NCBI GenBank assembly: GCA_014729015.1
Contig: WJKR01000025.1
Span: forward strand, 1 to 32,416
From: Candidatus Woesearchaeota archaeon
GTDB lineage: Archaea; Nanobdellota; Nanobdellia; Woesearchaeales; WJKR01
Reading direction: 5' to 3'
DNA: 32,416 nt
Positions 17,868 through 25,212 of the stretch are shown one piece after another. A model generated the notes under the pieces. The model did no database searches. It had not been told where the DNA came from and saw only the letters and a program-made list of their open reading frames with translations. The position numbers and the translations under genes were made by a program. Numbering within the stretch: position 1 is the stretch's first letter; every line of letters starts with the position of its first letter.

Positions 17868-18907
17868 TTTTGATCACCTTGTATGTCTGACAGCGTCAGG
17901 TTTTTTTTAAAGGTTGTTCTCTCTGGGTCGACGTTGCCGGCTTCCATCGGGCGGTCTCGGGGCAGACCCTGCTTCCTGTCGTTGATCACCGTGTGGTCTT
18001 TTCCGTAGGGTTTCGTCCGGGGCCAGTTCGTCGGTCCTGCTATGGTGACGGTTCTCGTCCCCACTGCCGCGGCGAGGTGTCCTAGCCCGGTGTCCGCGTG
18101 TATTACCACGGCGCATTTGCGGAGGAGTGCTGCCGTCCGCGGCAGCGAGGTCCTGACAACTTTTTTTTCCAGCCCTGCTTCCTTTAGGGATTGGAGCAGC
18201 TCTTCCTCGTCCGGCCCGAGGAATACCATCGCCTCGTGCGTCGGGGGCAAGGACTGTATGAGTGAGATGTATCGGCTTATGGGGTACCGTTTTATGGCTT
18301 GTTTCTTCTCGCTGCCCGGGTGGATGCCGATGACGGTTTTCTTCTCGAGTCCTCTCTTGCTCCAGAGTTTGTCAGCGTAGTGCCGCGCTTCTTGTGGGAT
18401 GGTGTAGTGGTATGTCATTGATGACGGTCGGGCCATGCCGAGCTCATGGAGGATCTTGGTGTTCTCCTCGACCCGGTGCAGGCGAGGTGTTTGTGCGATG
18501 CTTATGTCTGCGCCGAAAGAGGTGGGGTGGCCTGCCAGGTCGTAGATGTGCGATGCCTTGGTGTTTCCTCTCAGCAGCCGAAAAAGGAGTCCTGACTTGG
18601 GACCTGCTCCGTGGGCAAGGAATATGAGATCGTAATTTCTCCTGTTGACGCGTCGGAGGGTGCGGAGACCTTGGAAGTGCAATATCTTTTTGACATCCTG
18701 GTTTCCCTCGAGGACTTCCGCTTTGGCTGCCAGGCAGAGGACGTCCACCGAGCAACCCTTTTTTTTGAGAGTGTGCGTGAGGGGTGTGGTCATCAGGAGA
18801 TCCCCCGCACCTTGGAGGTTCACGATAAGGATGGTCGATGTCTTGCCGGCCTTCTTGACAGGCCTGACAGGAAGACTCCTGCTCACGAGCTTCCAGAACG
18901 CCTTCAT
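17864..18907 (-). CDS. Glycosyltransferase family 9 (ADP-heptose heptosyltransferase-like)
   Basis: GAGDLLMTTP, HRVE, IGIHPGS...KRYP and DTGLGHLAAAVGT.TVTIAGPT....PY. Confidence 0.92.
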   Translation of the reverse strand: MKAFWKLVSRSLPVRPVKKAGKTSTILIVNLQGAGDLLMTTPLTHTLKKKGCSVDVLCLAAKAEVLEGNQDVKKILHFQGLRTLRRVNRRNYDLIFLAHGAGPKSGLLFRLLRGNTKASHIYDLAGHPTSFGADISIAQTPRLHRVEENTKILHELGMARPSSMTYHYTIPQEARHYADKLWSKRGLEKKTVIGIHPGSEKKQAIKRYPISRYISLIQSLPPTHEAMVFLGPDEEELLQSLKEAGLEKKVVRTSLPRTAALLRKCAVVIHADTGLGHLAAAVGTRTVTIAGPTNWPRTKPYGKDHTVINDRKQGLPRDRPMEAGNVDPERTTFKKNLTLSDIQGDQK

Positions 18908-19076
18908 GGGGTGAAATCACCAGAATTCACTTTATATGTTTTGTGGAATGCTTTTGTCCTTGCAGGTGGACTCCTCGGACTCCTCGATGTGGAACTCAGT
19001 GATGGGGCGAGTCGGTGATTCAGGGGTGTGGTACTACCACTAATTATATAAAGGCTATCTCGTGTACTACGTGGCT

Positions 19077-19928
19077 ATGAGAAGGGTGTTGTTCAGGGCG
19101 TTGCGTCGGACGGCAAGGGTGCTCGGGGGTGGCTCCCTGAAGCGGCAGAACGCCCTTGCGAGGTCGCTGGTGGTCCAGAAGGTTTACGATGCCCTCTTCA
19201 GGTTGACGCGGCCGTCCACGGCGTCGGTGCATGGACACGTAATGTACCTTGATGAGCGCGACACTCTCAACCTCTCGCAGCGGGAGGAGTATGAGCCGTT
19301 GATTACGGGTCTGTTCAGGGAGCAGCTGAGAGAGGGTGACGTCGTGGTTGATGTGGGGGCGCACATCGGCTATTACACCTTGCTCGCCGCAAAGCTCGTC
19401 GGCTCTAAGGGTCACGTGTACAGTTTCGAGCCTGATCCTAAGAACTTCAGGCTCCTTGAGAAGAATGTCGCCGTGAACAAGTACCGCAACGTCACGCTGT
19501 TGAACAAGGCCGCTGGCGACAGGAAGGGGACGGTCCGGCTTTACCAGGCTGGCTACAATAAGGGTGACCACAGGTTGTTTGATGATGTGAAGGGCAGGTC
19601 AAGCGTCGAGGTCCCGATGGTACGGGTGTATAGCGTGGTCCGGAAATCCGACTTGGTCAAGGTCGACGTGCAAGGGGCGGAGATGCTCGTGTTGGAGGGT
19701 ATGAAAAGCTTGTTGTCGCGGGAGTCCGTGAAGCTGATATCGGAGGTTGAGCCTGCCAGTTTGCGTAGTATGGGTGCCTCCGCGCAGGGATACTTCTCGG
19801 ACTTGTGGAAGCTCGGATTCAAGATTCAGCACGTCAACAGCTCGAAGGGACGCTTGGAGCCCCTTGATGAGAAGCGTTTCTTGAAGGAGTACGAGCACCG
19901 CGTGAGCAACATCTTCTGTCGCAAGTGA
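19077..19928 (+). CDS. FkbM-family SAM-dependent methyltransferase
   Basis: YEP, VVDVGAHIGYYT, SFEPDPKNF and KVDVQGAE..VL.G. Start placed at ATG 19077, 25 nt after TTATATAA at 19044-19051. Confidence 0.92.
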   Translation: MRRVLFRALRRTARVLGGGSLKRQNALARSLVVQKVYDALFRLTRPSTASVHGHVMYLDERDTLNLSQREEYEPLITGLFREQLREGDVVVDVGAHIGYYTLLAAKLVGSKGHVYSFEPDPKNFRLLEKNVAVNKYRNVTLLNKAAGDRKGTVRLYQAGYNKGDHRLFDDVKGRSSVEVPMVRVYSVVRKSDLVKVDVQGAEMLVLEGMKSLLSRESVKLISEVEPASLRSMGASAQGYFSDLWKLGFKIQHVNSSKGRLEPLDEKRFLKEYEHRVSNIFCRK

Positions 19929-19931
19929 TGG

Positions 19932-20828
19932 TCAATCCTGTAGGGGTTGTGTGTAGTCCTTGCCTTCCAACAGGCATCCTCGGAATCCTCCCGTTCCTGA
20001 GAATTCCTTCCGCTTCACTTCTTCGTTGCTCTCCTTGTCGACGACGAACAGCACTCCTTTCGTTCGCCGCCTGTTCTCGCGTTTCTCCACGCTTCCCCCT
20101 ACGATGTAAATGTGCTTCTTGTCTATGGAGTAATCTTTGCAGAAATACTTGTCTGGATAGTGCTCAAACAGGAAGGTGTCATCCACGAGAAGCCCTGCCT
20201 GGTGGGGGTGGTTGACCCTCTTTATCGTCCCTGAGGACCCGCAGAGTTCCATCTCCTTCCCGTCGATGATGCAGTACTTGTGGGCTTCCCAACCTTTCTC
20301 ATACCTCTCTATCTCGTTGAGGTGTTTATCGAGCACTGCCACTCCGCTCGGTCCGTACTGTTTGTTCAGCCAGTTCAGGCAGATGTAGTATTTTCCCTTA
20401 TGGGGCCAGATGCTGTTGAGATGGTTGTAGTTCTTCTTGTAAATGGTTGGCAGGTACTTATTCGGTGGCTGTATCTTTACTTTCTTCTGGAGTTTGGGTT
20501 CCTTGTCAAACAAGTAGATGTGGTTGTCATACGTCCCTGACACCAGGAGATGCCCATGGTGTAGTGCCATGTGGTGGAAGTCTGGTTTTCTTCTCTTCCC
20601 CAAGATATTCCTGGTGCTGTGTTGTTCGCTTGTAGAGATGAGGGTGTAACTCTTCCTATCGAGTTTGAATATTGCTGATGATCCTCCCACATAGAGGTGG
20701 TGGCTATCTCCCGCTAAACCCATGACTGTTTGGCCGATTCCTGCTCGGAAGACTTGGGTGAGTTTGTCGCTTTCATGGGAGTACTTGTAGAGTTTTCCGT
20801 TCTCTCCTCCAAGCAATATGTTTTTCAT
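19932..20828 (-). CDS. Hypothetical beta-propeller-like protein
   Basis: Repeated short beta-strand units (MGLAGDSHHLYVG, HHMALHHGHLLVSGT, NHLNSIW, KDYSIDKKHIYIVG, FRGC); no signal peptide. Confidence 0.6.
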   Translation of the reverse strand: MKNILLGGENGKLYKYSHESDKLTQVFRAGIGQTVMGLAGDSHHLYVGGSSAIFKLDRKSYTLISTSEQHSTRNILGKRRKPDFHHMALHHGHLLVSGTYDNHIYLFDKEPKLQKKVKIQPPNKYLPTIYKKNYNHLNSIWPHKGKYYICLNWLNKQYGPSGVAVLDKHLNEIERYEKGWEAHKYCIIDGKEMELCGSSGTIKRVNHPHQAGLLVDDTFLFEHYPDKYFCKDYSIDKKHIYIVGGSVEKRENRRRTKGVLFVVDKESNEEVKRKEFSGTGGFRGCLLEGKDYTQPLQD

Positions 20829-20845
20829 ATTTAATACGATTCTCT

Positions 20846-21569
20846 TTATTTTTTGGTCGCTTTGAGGTAGTAGCTGTGGTATTTTTCTGGGTTGATGTCT
20901 TCTATCTCTTTGATGTTGATGGGTTTGAAATATCCTTTTTTGCTCCTGTAGTTCAGGCTTAGTTCTACGTGGTGGTCTTTGAAGGATTTTTTCAAGGTTT
21001 CAACTCGCTCTTGGTAATCGTCATTAGTGTGGACTTCTATGAACCATGTGGTATTTTTCTTGAGCAATTTTTTGCTTCCTTTCAGAGCTTGAGTTTCAGA
21101 ACCTTGGATGTCCATCTTGATGACATCGGGAACTCCGTATTTTTTTTGCGAATGAATCAAGTGTGTTATTCTGTCCGTCGATTTCTACTGTGAGCACTTT
21201 GCTTTCCTGCGGACTTCCGTTTAATTTTAAGTTCTCTTTCGCCTTTTGCACTCGTTTCTTCCTGGGTTCAAACAGGGTGCAGGTGATATGCATTGCAGAA
21301 GCGAGCGCCGAATAGTAGCCAACACTGGCTCCGACATCAAAGAACAGGTTTGATTTTTGGAATGTCTTTTTAATCTGTCTTATGACAGGCGGTTCTATCA
21401 ATCCATTGTTAAGGAAGAAATCTTTTCCGAGACCGAGGTTTTGTGGATTTATGTTTTTGCTCCCTTTTAGCTGGAAATCCATATGGTCTATCTTTACTTT
21501 ATATGGGCTTTGTCGAAATAAACGGTGGGTATAATCTGCTAGTATTCTCTTCCCATGTACGAATTCCAT
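20846..21569 (-). pseudogene. FkbM-family methyltransferase split by a +1 frameshift in an A8 tract (21140-21147)
   Basis: The 5' ORF has FFDVGASVGYYS, FEP and TLDSFAKK; the 3' ORF has YGVPDVIKMDIQGSE..L.G and FIEVH. Removing one A gives the continuous TLDSFAKKYGVPDVIKMDIQGSE (240 aa). Confidence 0.88.
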
Positions 21570-21575
21570 TATGGA

Positions 21576-22541
21576 TCATCTCGTTCTTCTTACTTTATTT
21601 AAGTCTTTCTTCTCCAGCGTCTCCGTCCCGGCCTTCCCTACGACAACGCCTGCTGCTTTATTCGCCAGCCGCACGCTCTCTTCCAGGTCGCCGCCAGCGC
21701 CCAGTCCCAAAGCCGTCACCGCCGTCACTGTGTCTCCTGCTCCGGTGACGTCGAACACTTGTTTCGCTTCTGTAGGTATCATCAGCGGCTCGTGGCCTGT
21801 CCTGAACAGTGCCATGCCTTCCTCGCCGCGTGTCACCAGCACGTTGCTCTCCAATTCCGCCGCGATGGCCACGCCGATCTTGGTGATTCCCTCTCCGTTT
21901 TCCTCTGGTATGCCTGCGTAGGAGCTCGCTTCCACGTGGTTCGGCGTCAGCAGGTAGCAGTGCCTGCAGTGCCTGATGTTCTTCGGCTTCGGGTCGATCA
22001 CAGTCTTCAGGCCTTGCTCGTTGCAGTACGTGACGAGCTTTTCGATCACGTTGCCGGTCAGCACGCCTTTGGCGTAGTCTGACAGCACCACGATGTTGAT
22101 ACCGTCGCTGGAAACAACTTCCTTCACCTTCTCGAGCAGGGCCTGTCCGGTCTCCTCGTCCAGCCCGCCGTCTTCCTCGTAGTCCATCCGCAGCAATTGC
22201 TGGTTGTGCCCCAACACCCGGCTCTTGATCGTCGTCCTGCGCTTTTTTATGGTGACGAGCCTGTCGACTATCCCTTTGTCCTTCAATAATCCGCGCAGCT
22301 TCTTCAGGCCTTCGTCCTGCCCCGCTACGCTCACCAGCACCGCGTTCCCGCCGAGGCTTGTGATGTTCGCCGCCACGTTCGCCGCGCCGCCGAGCCGTTC
22401 GTACTCTTCCAGCACTTGCACGACGGGCACCGGCGCTTCCGGTGATATCCGGGACACCTTGCCTTTGATGTAGTGGTCTATCATGACGTCTCCTATCACG
22501 AGCACTTTCGCCTTTCCGAAGCTCTTGATGGTGTCGTTCAT
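21576..22541 (-). CDS. rfaE1: D-glycero-beta-D-manno-heptose-7-phosphate kinase (HldA/RfaE-I, PfkB family)
   Basis: Start revised to ATG 22541. VLVIGDVMID.Y..G.V.RISPEAPVPV, LGGAANVA.N, LSDYAKG, DPK, TPN and VFDVTGAGDTV. Confidence 0.94.
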   Translation of the reverse strand: MNDTIKSFGKAKVLVIGDVMIDHYIKGKVSRISPEAPVPVVQVLEEYERLGGAANVAANITSLGGNAVLVSVAGQDEGLKKLRGLLKDKGIVDRLVTIKKRRTTIKSRVLGHNQQLLRMDYEEDGGLDEETGQALLEKVKEVVSSDGINIVVLSDYAKGVLTGNVIEKLVTYCNEQGLKTVIDPKPKNIRHCRHCYLLTPNHVEASSYAGIPEENGEGITKIGVAIAAELESNVLVTRGEEGMALFRTGHEPLMIPTEAKQVFDVTGAGDTVTAVTALGLGAGGDLEESVRLANKAAGVVVGKAGTETLEKKDLNKVRRTR

Positions 22542-23116
22542 TGCGTGAACGCCTCGTCTATCATGCCGCACCACGTGTGTATGAGTGTGATGTGGACCTC
22601 TTGGATCCGTTTCGTCTCCTGGGATGGCACCACGACGGCGTGCCCGTATTCCTTGAGCTTGCCGCCGTCCTTGCCCAGCAACAAGATGATGTTCATGCCT
22701 TTCTCCTTGGCGGCTTCCGCAGCCCTCAAGACGTTCTCCGAGTTCCCGCTCGTGCTGATGCCCACGAGCACGTCGCCCTCAGCGCCATAAGCCTCCACTT
22801 GGAGCTTGAACACGTTGTCGTAGCCGTAATCATTCCCGCAGGCGGTGAGGATGCTCGTGTCCGTCGTCAACGCCAGCCCCGGCAGCTTCCGGCGCTCCTT
22901 CTCGAACCGCACCACGAGCTCGCCTGCGAAGTGCTGCGCGTCCGCCGCACTGCCGCCGTTGCCGCACACCAGGACCTTCTTGCCGTCCTTGAGCGCCTGG
23001 ATGAGGATGTCGCCGGCCTCGGCGGATTTCTTGATGAACCCCTCGTCCTGGGCCAGCTCTCCCTTGACCTTCCTTGAGGAATCCAGCTCCTCCTTGATGA
23101 ATACGTCGTGCTTCAT
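22538..23116 (-). CDS. gmhA: Sedoheptulose-7-phosphate isomerase
   Basis: Start revised to ATG 23116 (MKHDVF, 192 aa). CGNGGSAADAQHFAGELVVRF, NDYGY, ISTSGNS.N and RIQEVH. Confidence 0.96.
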   Translation of the reverse strand: MKHDVFIKEELDSSRKVKGELAQDEGFIKKSAEAGDILIQALKDGKKVLVCGNGGSAADAQHFAGELVVRFEKERRKLPGLALTTDTSILTACGNDYGYDNVFKLQVEAYGAEGDVLVGISTSGNSENVLRAAEAAKEKGMNIILLLGKDGGKLKEYGHAVVVPSQETKRIQEVHITLIHTWCGMIDEAFTQ

Positions 23117-23163
23117 TGTCTCTAGGCCTTCCGGTCTCGTTTTTATGCTTTGCGGAACCCGTT

Positions 23164-24159
23164 CTACGCCCGGTCCCTCGTCTTGTCCGTCCTCTTCACC
23201 CAACCTGCTACAGTCCCGGTGCCGTAGCCGAAGTGGATGCACAGGTATGTGATGAGGACGTACCACGGGTTCGTCTTCTTCGCCGCGCTCACCACGCCGC
23301 TGCCTCCGAGCAGCGCTGCCAGGTGTGCCGCCAGCGGCGCCAGCAGCCATCCTTCTCCCGTCGCGACCGTCCCGGCTCCCAGTCCCAGCCATCCTATCAC
23401 CGCGGCTGCCGGTGCCAGCGCGAACGGTTGCCATCGTCGCGCGTGCTTCATGACCTTCCACCGCCAGAACCCGTACCTGTACATCTGGTTCCATAATTTC
23501 TTGCTGCTGTCGCGCTTGTAGTAGTACGTCACTGCCTTGGGCTGGAGGTAGAGGTTGTACGCCTTGCTCACCCGCAGGTTGAATTCCAGGTCCTGCCCTT
23601 TGAGGAACCGCTTGTCGTACCACCCTAGTTCTTCGAAGACTTTCTTGGGGAACAGGCACGCGTACGCCGTGTCGACTCTCTTCAGGTCCTTCTTCTCGCT
23701 GTAGCTCGACCCGAGCCCTCCTCCTAACACGCTGTTCATCGCCGCTGTCGTGGCCTTGCTCATCCTCGTCCTGCCGGCGTCCTTGTGGATGCTCCCCACC
23801 CCGCCGACGTGCGGGTCTTCAGCCGACAGTCTCTTGTACGTGTCGTACAGCGTTCTCAGCCAGCTCTTGGACGCGTAGCTGTGCCCGTCGATGTACGCGA
23901 CGAACCCTGCTCGTGACTTCCGGATGGCTAGATTACGTCCTTGCGCCTGGTGCTTCTCCTTGTTGTCCAAGAGAACGACGTTTCCGTGCTTTGCCTGGTA
24001 CTCCTTGACGATGTCCCGCGTCCGGTCCGTGCTCATCCCGTCCGCGACGATGATGTCGTACGGCTCTTTGAGGTCTTGCTTGAGCAGGCTGTTCAGGCAG
24101 CGCCTGATGTGCTGTTCCTCGTTGTACGTTGGTATGATGACTGAGATCAGCGGTTTCAT
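23164..24159 (-). CDS. GT2 glycosyltransferase, ExoA-like (possible AglC/AglO-type)
   Basis: Start revised to ATG 24159. ISVIIPTYNEE, DGMSTD.T, IDGHS, QDLEFNLR, QMYRYGFWR and H.GYG.G, plus C-terminal TM helices. Confidence 0.88.
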   Translation of the reverse strand: MKPLISVIIPTYNEEQHIRRCLNSLLKQDLKEPYDIIVADGMSTDRTRDIVKEYQAKHGNVVLLDNKEKHQAQGRNLAIRKSRAGFVAYIDGHSYASKSWLRTLYDTYKRLSAEDPHVGGVGSIHKDAGRTRMSKATTAAMNSVLGGGLGSSYSEKKDLKRVDTAYACLFPKKVFEELGWYDKRFLKGQDLEFNLRVSKAYNLYLQPKAVTYYYKRDSSKKLWNQMYRYGFWRWKVMKHARRWQPFALAPAAAVIGWLGLGAGTVATGEGWLLAPLAAHLAALLGGSGVVSAAKKTNPWYVLITYLCIHFGYGTGTVAGWVKRTDKTRDRA

Positions 24160-24491
24160 TTTTTCTTCTTTCGTTGGAGCGCTATTTGCCGCACAAGCCT
24201 TGTAATGTCTTGTTGTTGCTGCTCCACTTTGACGTAGAGTCGGAATTGGAGGTAGAAGAGTACGAGTACCGTTACGATGATGACGAGGTCTATCGCGCTG
24301 CTGAATCCTGTCTTGTTGGCCACTGACGCGACCAGTTCGGGGAAGAGGGCTATGGCTATCGCTCCTAACCATATGATGCTCCAGAAGATGAGTTCTCCTA
24401 GTGGTACTGCTCGGTCTCTTCTTCGCAGAATGAGCCTGCTCAGCGCGAAGATGCTGAACAGAATGATGATTATTTGTAGTACGTGTACCAT
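24156..24491 (-). CDS. DUF2304-family membrane protein
   Basis: Three TM helices, W..IW, FP...A...G and a C-terminal coiled coil QQQDITRLVRQIAL. SD GGTGA upstream; directly follows a DPM1-like GT2. Confidence 0.85.
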   Translation of the reverse strand: MVHVLQIIIILFSIFALSRLILRRRDRAVPLGELIFWSIIWLGAIAIALFPELVASVANKTGFSSAIDLVIIVTVLVLFYLQFRLYVKVEQQQQDITRLVRQIALQRKKKK

Positions 24492-24498
24492 GGGTGTT

Positions 24499-25173
24499 TC
24501 ACCTTTTGAGTTTTCCTAAAATCATTTTTGTCATGATGTTGATGGCGTTGCTGTTGCCTTGTCCTTTAGCAAGTGTTTCGTCACTGTAGGTAATGGTGTT
24601 TGGGATTTCTTTGTACTTAAGTTTATTATCTGCTATTTGTTCGATGATTTCTGAAGCGTGTTCCATCCCATCGCTTTTTATCTTTATCTTGTTTGCTGCT
24701 TTTCTGGAGAGTGCTCTGAAGCCGTTGTGTGAATCGGTTAATTTTAGTCCGTAGAAGATACGCAGGGATAAGGCTCCTCCTTTGAGAATAACTCTTCTCA
24801 TGAACGGCGCATTATTAGTGTTTTTGAGGAATCGTGATCCTAGGCAGACGTCTGCTTCGCCTTTTTCAATAGGTTTGATGAACTTCGGTATATCTTTTGC
24901 TTTGTGTTGTCCATCTGCGTCAAATGTGATAATGATATTAGCTCCTTGCTTAAGTGCATAACTAATCCCTGTTTGTAGTGCTGCTCCTTGGCCGCGGTTG
25001 ATGATGTGTCTGAGCACGATAGCTCCAGCTTCTGTTGCTTCTTCAGATGTTTTGTCTTTGCTGCCATCATCTACTACAATAATATGTTGATAATTATGTT
25101 TATGTAGATTTTTAACGACTTTTCCGACACTGCCTTGTTCGTTGTACGCGGCTATTACTATCGCTATGTCCAT
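24499..25173 (-). CDS. DPM1-like polyprenyl-phosphate glycosyltransferase (AglK-like Dol-P-sugar synthase)
   Basis: IAAYNE, VVDDGSKD.T, H.INRGQGAALQTG, TFDADGQH, GSRF and TDSHNGFRA. Confidence 0.9.
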   Translation of the reverse strand: MDIAIVIAAYNEQGSVGKVVKNLHKHNYQHIIVVDDGSKDKTSEEATEAGAIVLRHIINRGQGAALQTGISYALKQGANIIITFDADGQHKAKDIPKFIKPIEKGEADVCLGSRFLKNTNNAPFMRRVILKGGALSLRIFYGLKLTDSHNGFRALSRKAANKIKIKSDGMEHASEIIEQIADNKLKYKEIPNTITYSDETLAKGQGNSNAINIMTKMILGKLKR

Positions 25174-25212
25174 ATGCTAAAGAACAAAAATCGCTTTTTT
25201 AAGCTTTATGAA

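Noticed and set aside
18968-19040. GGACTCCTC tandem (x2) and GTGGTA-C-TACCAC palindrome between the GT9 and FkbM genes
   Set aside because: Too short and unique to distinguish from chance; possibly an operator, but unsupported.
20846-21160. 104-aa ORF as an independent gene
   Set aside because: It is the C-terminal half of the frameshifted FkbM.
1437-23116. Interpretation as a bacterial LPS core cluster
   Set aside because: No Kdo or lipid A genes in the window; archaeal 5S rRNA, AglB, TATA promoters and oligo-T terminators flank and interleave the genes.
23117-23659. Long N-terminal extension of GmhA (and similar extensions on hldD, the flippase, the kinase, the GT2 and the PKD ORFs)
   Set aside because: The extensions mostly overlap neighbouring genes or promoter DNA and are not protein-like; internal ATGs with overlaps, SD or TATA support fit better.
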